NCBI RefSeq assembly: GCF_006345805.1
Contig: NC_043011.1
Span: 60,524,464-60,588,463, forward strand
From: Octopus sinensis
Lineage: Eukaryota
Length of the DNA: 64,000 nt
Direction of reading: 5' to 3'
In this document: in pieces, positions 1 through 12,559 of the stretch
Layout of the letters: every line of letters starts with the position of its first letter
Position numbering within the stretch: the stretch's first letter is position 1
The notes under the pieces: model-generated
The model's database searches: none
The model's input: only the letters and a program-made list of their open reading frames with translations
Told to the model about the DNA's origin: nothing
Made by a program: the position numbers and the translations under genes

Positions 1-203
1 ATCTGTGACCTGACAATTAGGTGCCAATCGTCGATATTTATCTAATTAACTGCAGTCTCGAAATTCTGAACATTGTTCACATAACTTTTAGTGATCCCTA
101 GGGATACAAAACCGCTAAGTTGGGAACCGTCCACTCTAAAATCGCAACTTAAGGAAAGAGCACGATGGATAAATATATAACGTTGGTCGTTGGTAGAATT
201 GTT

Positions 204-703
204 GGATCTTTTCCTTTTGAACGGCAGTTTTCAACACAATTTCTAGTTAACTAAATACTTTTAAACTTCGTATACTGGTAGAATGTGTCAAAATAAAACG
301 TTTTTTTCTCTTGGCTTTCTTGAGAAGATTGTAATTTGTAAGTTTAACGTAGTTTAATTTTTCGAATCTTAACCAATCATATGGCCTCTATTGAGCTAAA
401 ATCATTTGCTGTGTCTAAAACAGACAACATCCTGTCACTAACCCTAACCCTAAATTTTAGCCTTTTTCTTAATTGTCAAATTAATTTAAAGATAACAATT
501 AAGAAAAAAAAAACGAAAGGCTAAAACGAAAGCAATGGAAAATAATGTTGTCTCAGTTTTAGACGCAGCAAATTACAATTTTCTCAAGAAAGCCAAGAGA
601 AAAAAATGTTTTATTTTGACTCATTCTACCAGTATACGAAGTTTAAAAGTGTTTAGCTAACTAGAAATTGTATTGAAAAGTGCCGTTCAAAAGGAAAAGA
701 TCC
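204..703. mobile_element. Long-TIR fold-back MITE, GGATC termini, 8-bp TSD, internal telomere-like tract
   Basis: Starts GGATCTTTTCCTTTTGAACGGCA and ends TGCCGTTCAAAAGGAAAAGATCC. The arms are inverted over roughly 150-200 bp. Flanked by GAATTGTT at 196-203 and 704-711. CTAACCCTAACCCTAA at 438-453. Confidence 0.9.
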
Positions 704-799
704 GAATTGTTTTGACTATAGAACGGCTGAGTCAGAATTGATCTCAGGTTTAAATATGAACGATGTAAGAAGGAAAATGACGATCATTGATTATTGAAT

Positions 800-996
800 T
801 ACGCAGATGTACTTGCATAGCAAGTGACTTGATCTGAGATCGTGTGCTGAAACAAAAACAATTGCAGTGTGGAAGGTGTTTATAAGCCATCTAAAAACAC
901 ACAAAAACCGTTAGATTCACTTCAGCATTTAAATTTCATTTGTCAAAATAATTTTCGCTGCTTTCAGACCGCGACCTGTTCACTGACAAAATTCCG
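800..996 (-). mobile_element. ~195-bp interspersed repeat, Penelope pseudo-LTR-like; second copy at 11445-11640
   Basis: Its reverse complement closely matches 11445-11640. It contains a stem-core-stem-GAAA-stem motif resembling a degenerate hammerhead. The Penelope assignment is inference. Confidence 0.6.
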
Positions 997-1140
997 AATT
1001 CTAAATAAACGGAAAGATTTAAATATAAACATACTTGTCTACATACGCACTCCCCACCACACACACACACACACACACACAAACCTTCAGTTAAAGAAAT
1101 TAGCATAAAACTAAAGTTGTCTTCAGTAATCTCCATTACA

Positions 1141-1328
1141 GAGAGCGTGGAAAAAGTTATTGAGAGAGAAAGAGAGAGTTATGCAAGAGAATACGAAAGG
1201 GAGACAGAGAGAGGATTATATAGGACACAGAGAGGAGAGAGAGGGAGCAAGGGAGTAGAGAAAAGGAGAGAGAGAGAGAAAGATGCGGCGTTGGAGGTGG
1301 AGAGATGACAGGAGGTGTTTCCGAAAGG

Positions 1329-1409
<81 letters not shown>

Positions 1410-1432
1410 GACAGAGCGAGAGAGAGAGAGAG
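1141..1432. repeat. GA-rich, (TA)n and (GA)n microsatellite block
   Basis: Visible dinucleotide runs. Confidence 0.9.
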
Positions 1433-2023
1433 ATGTAGATTGCTGACTGATAGATAAATGATAACGTAAATGGTTTTGTGTTTGACAAATGTGAGTCAGG
1501 CTTCTTAGTCAGAGGAGGAGGATGACGATCAACGCCCATTGACCTGTTGCAGGACCTGTGAAACAGGTGAGTGGAAATGGTTGGTGAAAACCATGACTCA
1601 TAGGTTGCTGCAGTAGAAAGCAACACACACGTATGTATATATATATATACACACACACACACACATGCACATATATGTACATACATTTACACACACTTGC
1701 ACATACGATTATGTGAATGTCTCAACAAAACGGAATAAAGTGACTGGTTTGAATATTTTATTAGGATGAATAATGAATGCAGACATAGCTCAGTGGTTAA
1801 GGTCGTTTGGCGATCATAGATTTGAGTCCAATTCCACCGTACAGCATGTAACTTCTACAAACAACCTAGGGTCTATCAAAGACCCGTGAGTGAAATCAGC
1901 GTCAAAGATCATCGTGTGTGTGTGTGACGGGGACGTAAACACACCAACATCGGTTGTCAAACGATGGTGAGGGGACAAACACAGACACACACATATATAC
2001 ATTACATATACATATATATATAT

Positions 2024-2496
<473 letters not shown>

Positions 2497-3234
2497 CGGG
2501 CTTCTTTCAGTTTCCGTCTACCAAATCCACTCACAAGGCTTTGGTCGGCCCGAGACTATAGTAGAAGACGCTTGCCCAAGGTGCCACGCAGTGGGACTGA
2601 ACCCGGAACCATGTGGTTGCTAAGCAAGCTACTTACCAAATAGCCACTCCTGAGACTATATTGACAATATATTGATAATATATATCGTAACCTATTCAAA
2701 TGAAACACTGTAGTTATATTCATAATCTCATTTATTTCTTGCCTTAACTTGATGGAATCCAATGATCCTTTATTTAAATGTGTCAATAGCTACAACACTT
2801 TCCTGTGTTTAATACCAGTTTCTTATTGGGAGACACTTGTTCTATTAACCTTTGAAAGGCAAAGCTGACCTTGGTAGGATTTGAACTGAGAAAGTAAAAG
2901 AAAGTGACTACATATTGCAAAGCATTTGTTTGCCGGTCTAACGATTCTGCCAACCTACTTGTTTAAAGTAAAAACATTAATTCTAATCCGATGTGCTTAA
3001 TTGTAGCAGTGATGAATTAAAATAGCTATCTAGGTACTATACATAAGGTATATACACCGTAGACAGACAAGGCACTGTGGTTTTCCTCCGACATAAAATC
3101 TCTTATAGACGTGCAGCTATTCGCAATATCAGTCAATGTATTATTTACTGTTTTCTATATTGGAGGCAACAGGATTCGTCTAGGCACGTGGCTGCGAGCA
3201 CACGCCATCGGAGGCTGATATGCATCATATATAT

Positions 3235-3605
3235 ATTGCTTACCAACCACATGGTTCCTGGTTCAGTTCCGCTGTGTGGCACCTTGGGCAAGTGTCTTCT
3301 CCTATATCCTCGAGCCGACTAAAGCATTGTGAGTGGATTTCATAGACGGAAATTGAAAAAAGCCCGTCGTATATATATATATATATATATACACTTATAT
3401 TATTTTACTTGTTCCTGTCATTTGATCGCGGCAACTGCTGAAGCACAGCCTTTAGTCGAACAAATCGACGCCAGGACTTATTCTTTGTAAGCCTAGTACT
3501 TATTCTACGAGTCTGTTTTGTCGGATCGCTATGTTATGGGGACGTAAACACACCAACATCGATTGTCAAGCGATGGTGAAGGGACAAACACACTCACACA
3601 CGCGC

Positions 3606-3636
<31 letters not shown>

Positions 3637-4050
3637 TGTATGTATGTATGTATGTATGTATGTATGTATGTATACGACGGGCTTCTTTCAGTGTCCAAAT
3701 CCAGTCACAAGGCTTTGGTTGGCCTGAAGCTATAGTAGAAGACACTTGCCCAAGGTTTCGCACAGTGGGATTGAACCCGGAACTATGTGGTTGGGAAGCA
3801 AGCTTCTTACCACACAGCCATTCTCGCGCCTACATGTATTTATTGGGCTGTTTATCCCACCACCACCACCACCATTAATTGACTGATGTTGGTGTGTTTA
3901 CGTCCCTGTAACCTAAGGGTTCGGCAAAAGAAACCAATAGAACAACAAGGCTTACAAAGAATAAGTCCTAGGGTCGGTTTGTTCGACTAAAGGTTGTGCT
4001 CCAGCATGGCTGCAGTCAAATGACTGAAACAAGTAAAAAAAAAAGAATAA
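3235..4050. mobile_element. Nested family A SINEs: a minus-strand copy (~3402-3830) inside the microsatellite of a plus-strand copy
   Basis: Plus-strand head at 3235-3370, complete reverse copy, then plus-strand tail at ~3880-4050 ending GACTGAAACAAGTAAAA. Confidence 0.8.
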
Positions 4051-4357
4051 AAGAATATATATATATAACACAGTACGTCTATAAAAACTTTATCTCGGAC
4101 AAAAATCGCAGTATCTTTCCTGTTAACAGCGTATCTACATTAGGTATGAGCACAGATGTGAACTGATTCTAAATAAATGCTAAAATAGTAAAAGGAAATT
4201 ATTACATTCAACTATGACTAAAACAATTATATACAACGAGATCTAAAATTCAAATAATGACAGTATTTTACCATTTATTTTGATAGGAAACGAAAGTAAA
4301 CAGATAAGCTTCATTTTGTTTTCGCTGTCGATATTTAGCTCCTGGCTAGCCTTGATA

Positions 4358-4672
4358 GGCGCGTGGCTTAGTGGTTAGGGCATTCGGCTCATGATCGTAA
4401 GGTTGTGAGTTCGATTCCCGGCGACGCGTTGTGTCCTTGAGCAAGACACTTTATTTCACGTTGCTCCAGTCCACTCAGCTGGCAAAAATGAGTTGTACTT
4501 GTATTTCAAAGGGTCAGCCTTGTCACTCTCTGTGTCACGCTGATTATCCCCGAGAACTACGTTAAGGGTACACGTGTCTGTGGAATGCTCAGCCATTTGC
4601 ACGTTAATTTCACGAGCAAGCTGTTCCGTTGATCGTATCAGCTGGGACCCTCGTCGTCGTAACCGGCGGAGT
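4358..4672 (+). mobile_element. tRNA-derived SINE family C
   Basis: Head GGCGCGTGGCTTAGTGGTTAGG...GAGTTCGATTCCC, then GTGTCCTTGAGCAAGACACTT. Related copies at ~4748-5045, ~39530-39843 and ~56803-57090. Confidence 0.85.
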
Positions 4673-5899
4673 CTTTAAGCCTTGATATAGCTGCCTTACG
4701 GTCAACAGCAATCCAGTAATCATACAGTGTTTTGTTTTTGTTTTCAGGTATAGTGGCTAGAGGGTGAGGCTCACAATCATGAGGTAGTGAGTTCGATTCC
4801 TGGACCTGGTTGTGTGTTATGTTCTTGAGCAAGACACTTTACTTTACGTTGCTCCAGTTCACTCAACTGTGGAAATGAGTTGCGACATCACAGGTGCCTA
4901 GCTGTATTGGCCTTTGCCGTTCCCTTGGATGACATCGGTGACGTGGAGAGGGGAGTGTCATATGGAAACAACCTTGCCCGGACATGTGCCGCGGAGGGTA
5001 ATATTCTAGTTGCAATCCCATGGTCATCTATGATCGAAGGGACTCTCTCCCATAGTGAGTGTAAGTAGTGCGGCATCGTCCAATGTATTTTCTGCAATAG
5101 CGTTTCTCAGCCATTCCCAACTCCCAAAAAGCGTGGCCCCATCGTGAACGGACACATATTTCTTTTATCTATTCACATGTTTCAGATTGAGGCTATACTG
5201 GAGTACCAACTTGAGTAAATCGACTCCTGTACCTATTTATTTAGAACCTGATACTTACTCTATCGGTCTTTTGCCGAACTGCAAGGTTACAGGAACGGAA
5301 ACCAACCAATATTGGTTGTCAAGTGGTGATTTCAAACTCACACAATGGACTTATTTCAATTTCTGTCAACCAAAAGCACTCACACGGATATAATCTCCAA
5401 AATAAGTTTAGATAAAAATTTTAATGCAAGTGTTATTCACTTGTTACTTACGCCCTAACCAGAAGAAACCCACGCCTCATCTTGATAAGCACTGCTTTAC
5501 GTTGACGATAGTGTGACACGAGGTAGATATAGCTTTTATTTCTAGTAAGTGGAATGACCCGATAGAGGCATCCTTGTTTGTTAATTCCGCGATTTTCCCA
5601 CAAGATTACGTTAACGAGTGGATACAATGTGAGGAAGACTTGGTTGATATTTCTAGCACTGATAGCGGACATGTAAAGGATTCCACGCTTAGCTCATTAC
5701 CATGTTAAAGTAAGAGCAGCAATGTGTAAAGAAAGACAACTCAAAATATTCCGAATTCGAAGTTATTTTGAGTTATCGATCGTGATTTCTATTACCTCCC
5801 TTGGATCTACCATAGTAGCATTCTGCTAGAATTCAACTGGAAACCATTTCCCACGCTCTATTTTTCTGCAACTCTGCAACATATCGGTGTTTGCACGCT

Positions 5900-5908
5900 T
5901 CTCGCGAG
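5900..5908. promoter_or_regulatory. TCTCGCGAG motif (resembles the BANP/ZBTB33-associated TCTCGCGAGA promoter element) in CpG-retaining unique DNA
   Basis: 9 of 10 bases match TCTCGCGAGA, and the surrounding non-repeat sequence keeps CpGs. Function is inference. Confidence 0.3.
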
Positions 5909-6572
5909 TGTTTCGTAAACAAGTCATCGATGACGCAGCTACAGAGCTACACGACCAGCTAGAAATAGCAGCCAAATCTCAGTTAAATTCAATACTACAG
6001 TTTTATATATAAGGAATGTGCATGTTAGGAAATGTAGCCCTAATCCTTAAAATACAAGATGATCATGGCGAAATACTGCTCCATCATTGTTTAAAAGGGA
6101 CAAAAATAATAACATTTAGAAATATTCTACTTTTTTTTTAATTGGAACAAGAATACTAAGAAGTTAGTGAATGCATTCATTTTAGTTACATCAAAGTAAC
6201 AGCTGACAAGACATTGTGTGGTCACTCCGACTGCTAGAAATAGCAACTCTTATCACCACCAAACCACACCTAACTATCTTAAAACATATGCACACAAAAG
6301 ACATTATATATACGACTGTCCTAGGAACATGAAAGAGTATGTATGAATAATTTATGGGATGGTCTATATTAGAAGACCTTTGAGCATAAGTGTGTTTAAT
6401 CAAGGTAAATTTGAGAATACTGGTTTAGAGCTGAACTAGCCAACCATAAACACGGTTATTCAGAGATCACACTCCATCGCCAAAGAAGAAAGAAAACTCA
6501 ACAAAATCACAGTTAAATTAGAAAATTACTATCTTTAAATCTCACAATGTGAGATATTCAGCAACAGTACTT

Positions 6573-6737
6573 TGTAGTAAAGATTGTTTGCCAACATAAC
6601 ATGGCAGTCCTGGTTTAGGACGAATGTTGCTGTAATTTAGCCTGAGTTGGAAACGATGTCTCCAGGAGCTAAATTACAGCAACATTCGTCCTAAACCAGG
6701 ACTGCCATGTTACGTTGGCAAACAATCTTTATTACAG
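6573..6737. mobile_element. Fold-back element with ~70-bp near-perfect inverted arms; related copy at 49438-49527
   Basis: TAAAGATTGTTTGCCAACATAACATGGCAGTCCTGGTTTAGGACGAATGTTGCTGTAATTTAGC, a ~25-bp spacer, then its reverse complement. Confidence 0.85.
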
Positions 6738-8777
6738 AATCACAGTTCTTTATAAATAACTATTACTTTTCCGTAAGTGTTGTTTAGCAAGAAGTCTGAC
6801 CTGGCTGAGTACACCTGTGATGAGAAGACTTCCTTCCGACCTTCCATAAATATTTTAACTTTTATTCAGGCTTAGTATATCTAAGTCTATATCACCTATA
6901 TCACATGTCAAAAAATGGTTGAGCTTCATTTAGAGAAGATTTACTTGTTATTTTATTGCGTTGTCATTAGAAGTATAATAATATATTGTTGTGGAAGGAT
7001 TCCGACCAGCCTACCAAGTGACTAAAAGTGGACTGATTCATTGTTATAAATTAAAGAACTGTAAGCGACTAGCAGTTCAGGTTGGTAAGCAGTTCACTGT
7101 GAGCCATGGTTGAGAGTTTCGAGTCACAGGTAATAGTAATGGTAGTGCATTGTGTATATACTTCCTTTCGCCCACTGTGTCATTATATTATAAATCCAAT
7201 ACAAGAATATAAAACATGTGAACACAGAAAGATTCTAGTAAACTTTTTAAAAAGCTGTTGCATGTGTGTGTCTATCTGAAAGGTTAAGGAATTCATTTCA
7301 CAATCATAAGTTCCCAGGTTTCATTCAGCTGAGAGACAATTTGCTAAAGTGTCTTCTATGATAGTAACAGGCTGCCCCAAGTAAATGAACTTGGTTAGAC
7401 AGAAACAACTGTACCATGCAGCTGCTCATAGTTTGTCATATAATGTCATGCTGAATGTGCCTAAGGACGCCTGAAGGCACAAGTCATCTGAGGAATAATG
7501 TTATTATTCAGTATACAGGTATTGATCAAAAGACTGCAAAACCCATCATGGAAACTGATGCAAGTACTATCATGTTTGTGCAAGAGAGAGCAATGAAAGT
7601 GAAAAATCAAGGGAAAAGAAAAAGTAAGCTGGTGCAAATGTGAGTATGTGTGTATGTGTATGTGTGTGAAACTGAAGTAAGTTTTTTAATAATAACGATG
7701 GTTGTAAGTAACTCATTGTCTTAGTTGAAAAGGTATCAAGGGTATGTCAAATAGAGGTTTTCAGAAACAAAGATTAAATTGAGTTTTTTTAACCTTAAGA
7801 GGTCTAAGTACAGCAGTAAAATTTGAAAAGTGACCACCACTGTAGAGGAAATCCCAGCCAATAACAACTGAAATGTTTCTATGCTTTATCTATTTTGTAA
7901 GAGTATTATTTCAAAATAAGGATTTCGCTATATGAAAACATGTTTGATTATATGTATATTATAAGGGATCAACTTAATTTGACAGAATTAATGAGTCAGA
8001 GTAATTAGTAGAAATCCTTAGTACATACTAAAAACTTAATTTAACTGCTCTGAAGAGTTAGCTATGATTCCCAGTAATGCTTGCTTTCTTGTGATATCAA
8101 AAATACTGAAATGTTGACAGAATAATGTAAAATTAAATTAAAACAGATGAAGGATTGACATTTTCAACTTTGAAGGAAAAAATATTATTTGCATTCTTGT
8201 TTAAAATGATAACTCATATATACACAGCAAAATTATACTGAATTACAAATTATAGACACATTATTTGATTAGAACTGTAATCAATATATACCAAGAATTA
8301 AGGAAAAGAAAACAACAACAAAATAATTTTGTGTTTCTGATAAAACTGTAGTGAAACAAAGCATTTCATGAACAGCTTTTTTTTGGGACTGGATTGAACT
8401 GCCTACATTCAGTCCACTGCAGAACAAAGGCCTCAGCATGTTCTGTCCATCAACCACAGATCTGATGCAGAGGCCATGAATTTGAGCTTCAGATCAAACT
8501 GGTTTAATGAGCCTACTCTGCCACACTGGCTTGACATGGCCTGGCAGAGGGGTGCAATTTACTATACTCTTACCCAGGAGTAGTTAAGTTGACCATATTG
8601 ATCACTTCCAATATAGTTCTCTACCCTAGTTGGAGTAAAATTTGTCATTCTGTCCCTTGGCCCATACAAGCCATCAAGTTATAACAGTGCCAATAAAGAA
8701 CTGATATTTGTGTAATTTACCTAAAATAGATCAGCTTGGCAAAGCTATTCCTTACCAAGTTCGAATGCAGCACTGAA

Positions 8778-8995
8778 GCATACACACATACATACACACA
8801 TACATACACACATACATACATACACACATACATACATGCATACATACATACATACATACATACATACACACGTACATACATGAACACATGTATGCATATG
8901 TACACACTAGCATGCATATATACATGCATACATACATCACAGATGCATGCATACCTGCAGGTATACATAATGCACACATGCATACATATATACAA
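8778..8995. repeat. Compound (CATA)n/(CA)n microsatellite
   Basis: Seen directly; it explains the overlapping ORFs at 8717-9106. Confidence 0.95.
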
Positions 8996-9252
8996 ACTTT
9001 CAAATCCAGTACCCAAAATACACTTTTCAGTTTCATATTTATTATCATTATTATTATTGGAGCAACAGGATACATCTCAACTTGTCTGGAGCAAAGTATG
9101 ATTTAACTTGGGTTCTTGGGGAAGAAAATGCAAATCCTTAATTTATACACTACAAAAGATTACAATATGTGGGACTACAAAAATCTGCAAAACCTTTTTC
9201 AGATTGAAAGGACGATGAACAAAACAAGATGCTTTACTTCACGACTTTGCTG

Positions 9253-9280
9253 TCAAGAAGACGACCAGTCAGAGTTTATT
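9253..9280 (-). CDS. Candidate last coding exon of a small spliced gene (..R-INSDWSSS*)
   Basis: Strong acceptor TTCTCTTTCTCTTTTTAATTTAG with AG at 9281-9282. The phase matching the upstream phase-2 donor is the one that stays open longest. AATAAA at 9038-9043 (minus) is followed by a GU/U-rich tract. Confidence 0.45.
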
Positions 9281-9529
9281 CTAAATTAAAAAGAGAAAGA
9301 GAACACAAGCACACACACACACACGGTACTATCTTCCACTGTGACATGATGATGTTGCTAAAGCAAACTACAAAGCTATTCACAGAAAACACTGCCCTGG
9401 GTAAAATACAAACAACACCCTTGTTATGGAATGCATACATAGCACAAGGAACACTGGTTGAACATTCTTTAATACAAAACTGCTTGGTGGCATAAATCAG
9501 CTGGTATGAGCCTAAATTTACAATAACAA

Positions 9530-10088
9530 CTGTTTACTCTAGGCACAGGGCCTTAAATTTGGGGGAGGGAGCTAGTTGATTACGTCCTGGAATTTACAGT
9601 ATCAACATTGACAGAAATTTGAGCTTAAAATGTAAAGCTGGAAGAAATACTGCTAAGCTTTTCGCCCAAAACCCTCACAATTCTGCTAGCTTGCTGCCTT
9701 AATAATAATCCTTTCTACTATAAGCACAAAGACCTGAAATTGGGTGGTGGAGGAGGAGGAGGACCATCACCCAGTTTACTGAAAGAATGAAAGGTAAAGC
9801 TGACCTTAGAGGAATTTGAACTCAGAGTGTAAAGACCAACAAAATGGTGCTAAGCATTTTGCCCAGCATGCAAGCAATTCTGCCATCTCACCACTTTAAT
9901 AATCCTTTCTACTGTAGGCAGAAGGCCTGAAATTTGGTGAGATCTGGCCAGTTGATTAGATCGACCCCAGTACACAACTGGTACTTAATTTGTCAACCTT
10001 GATGGAATTTGAACTCAGAACGTAGCGATGGGCGAAATACTACTAAGCATTTCATCCAGTGTGCTAACGATTCTGCCAGCTCACCACC

Positions 10089-10090
<2 letters not shown>
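9530..10090 (-). mobile_element. Cluster of three family B SINE variants separated by short TAA runs
   Basis: Repeated AATCCTTTCTACT..AGGC..AAGGCCTGAAATT...GGAATTTGAACTCAG...CTGCCAGCTCACCACCTT units. Confidence 0.75.
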
Positions 10091-10130
<40 letters not shown>

Positions 10131-10139
10131 GTAATAATA

Positions 10140-10505
10140 ATTGATGTGGCAGAGCCAGGAGATCAACATATAAAAAGAAGAGAAACTTTTGATGAATATG
10201 GAGACCTGAGAATTGAAATTACCAAGTTGTGGAAGCTATGAGACTCAAAGATTGTTCCTGTTGTCATGGGAGCATTGGGTTCAATACCACTCAACTTGAA
10301 GAAACATCTGGAAACTTTAGAAATACCCTACAATCTTGGTGTATTGCAAAAATCAGCTTTAGTTGGAACTGCACGCATATTGTGAAAAGTACTGTTTGTC
10401 TGAGTTCCTTATTGTGACTTGACAGACAATACAAACCCCCGGTACACCCAGTATCTTCAATCTACAGCATCACAATATTGGATACTGAGCGACGACTTCA
10501 TGATA
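10140..10505 (+). pseudogene. 5'-truncated R4/Dong-clade non-LTR retrotransposon (RLE C-terminus and 3' UTR) abutting (TAA)n
   Basis: 10140-10403 translates IDVAEPGDQHIKRRETFDEYGDLRIEITKLWKL*DSKIVPVVMGALGSIPLNLKKHLETLEIPYNLGVLQKSALVGTARIL*KVLFV*. The VPVVxGALG and QKxxLxGTxxILRKVL motifs are characteristic of the clade. Confidence 0.88.
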
Positions 10506-11444
10506 ATAACAAAAGTTTTTATATATATGGTAGCAAGATGCTTAAAATATTAATTAAAATTAATTAGTTTAATTATCCATTAAGGAGAAAACAAAAGATT
10601 TTGCATTCATACTAATCCTTTTTTTGCTTTGTCATGATGTAGGACAAATTCAAAAAGTTAGACACCATCTTAATTGTATTAAACATGGCAATTTATCTGG
10701 CCCATTTTCAAACTTCTCACCCTGTCCTCAGAGGTGGAGAGGGGACTGGCCTCACCTTTGCGAAACACAGCACTAAATAAGGAGACATACCATACTGAGC
10801 AATATAGTCCTAGATATCTAAAACAGTAAAAAAAAACTCAGAAATGGCATAGCGTTGAATACAGGTCTGCTCTAGGACTATAACGCAAGTCCTCAACTGT
10901 AAATCCCCCAACAAACATCTCATTTCTAAATTGTTGTAAGTTTAACAATGTATTAACGGTGGCCACGAGTGTGGGCTGGAAAGCTGCATACAGCTATTGA
11001 AGTTATTATATGCAGCCCCCATAATAATATTGGATTACAGTGCCTGTCTTTTCTAAAACACTATTCTCTAGAGATGAAGAAAACATATTTATACTATGTA
11101 GCTCTCACTGTATATATAATATTTAGTTATGTTTTTTGTAAACATATGCTGCAACTCCTGAACATGGAAGAAAATTTTACATCTCATCAAAAGACTTCTT
11201 TATACCATACTGACAAACTGAATTTGTTAACCAGATTTTATACTAACATTTATCACCTTGAAGGAAAAGGTACTATCATCTCATATATAGTCAGGGTTTA
11301 GAATTGTTAGTAACTGGAGAGAATATAAATTAAAATATTGTGTTAACATGTCCAAGATAAGGAAAACACCCCAAAAAGTGAAAAGAAAGCACCACAATTA
11401 ATTTATTTCAGAATATATATATATATATATACAGAGATGCAGCA

Positions 11445-11640
11445 CGGACTTTGTCAGTGAACAGGTCGCGGATTTTAGCGACGAAAATATTTTGACAAAT
11501 TAAACTTAAATGTTGGAGTGAATCGAACGGCTTTTGTGTGTTTCTTAAATGGCTTATAAACACCTTCCACGCTGCAATTGTTTTCGTTTCAGCACACGAT
11601 CTCAGATCAAATTACTTGCTATGCGAGTACATCTCCGTAA
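11445..11640 (+). mobile_element. Second copy of the 800-996 repeat, inserted in (TA)n
   Basis: Reverse-complement match to 800-996, with TA runs on both sides. Confidence 0.7.
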
Positions 11641-11702
11641 TATATATATATATATATATGCATGTATGTTAGCAGAATATAGTTTTGAAAATGTAAACTA
11701 AC

Positions 11703-11833
11703 CTGTAGGATGTTTGTTTTCTTATCGTAAAATGTGAAAACAAATCTGGGAGTTCATCTTCCACATCAGAAGTTCCTGCTGATGGGACATCGCTACACCC
11801 TCCAGTAAAACTATTACTCAGGGCTTCAGCCAT
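11703..11833 (-). CDS. Candidate first coding exon (whole exon 11703-11879): MAEALSNSFTGGCSDVPSAGTSDVEDELPDLFSHFTIRKQTSY(R)
   Basis: Acceptor TTTTATTTTATTTTCCAG with AG at 11880-11881, donor CAG|GTTAGT with GT at 11701-11702. Strong Kozak context ACAATGG, with an in-frame stop upstream. Non-repetitive, coding-like composition. Product not recognised. Confidence 0.6.
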
Positions 11834-12559
11834 TGTAATCCTTAGCTGTGTAAACTAGAGCCACCAGGCTATAGTAACTCTGGAAAATAAAATAAAAAGA
11901 ATGTCAGTAAACGCTTAAATTGTGAAATAAATCAATGAATGTCATAATAAAATAAAAATGGAAATAGTAGCAATGGGAATTTCCAATGTTAACTTTTGTT
12001 CAATGTTGCAGAAAGAGAAATGTCAGCTAAATGCCTTGTGACATTTCACTGCATGTCTTTACATTCTGCGTTCAAATGCCGCTGGAGATGACTTCACCAC
12101 CTCTCATTCTTCTGGAAGATCAACAAAAAATAATATTAGTCAAGCATTGTGGTCAATCAAAGTTACCTAACCCTTCAAACAATATATAAGATCTTATGCT
12201 TGTGTTAAAAATTAATAACTGTAGAAAACATTCATTTTAAAAGTTGCACAAAATTATTATTACAAATGTGAAATAACTTGGTGAGAGTTCCTCTGAGGTT
12301 TCTGCAACTAAATGAATTCTATATAAATAATGAATTTTCTCTGATAATCCTCAAGACAGTTTTCTGTATGGGTGCAGGCACTGCAGTGTGTGGTTGAAAA
12401 CATTGATTCCCCACTGTATGGTTTCATGTTCAGTCCCACTGCAAGGTCCACTGGGCAAATGTCTTCTACTACAGCTCCCAGAGGGACCAAAAGCCTTTTA
12501 AGTGGATTTAGTAAATGGAAACTGAAAAAGGAAGCCCAATGTGGGTGTGTGTGTGTATG

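Noticed and set aside
438-453. Telomere or chromosome-fusion remnant
   Set aside because: Only 2-3 units, and they are internal to a TSD-flanked transposon.
4358-4430. tRNA gene-like sequence (also ~2250-2320, ~59610-59686 and family A heads)
   Set aside because: A/B boxes are present but there is no complete cloverleaf or acceptor stem, and each continues into a repeated SINE body.
8380-8722. Possible minus-strand exon (acceptor near 8721; short ORF MTNFTPTRVENYIGSDQYGQLNYSW)
   Set aside because: Splicing from the 11703 donor gives an immediate stop, the peptide is not recognisable, and part of the region looks repeat-derived.
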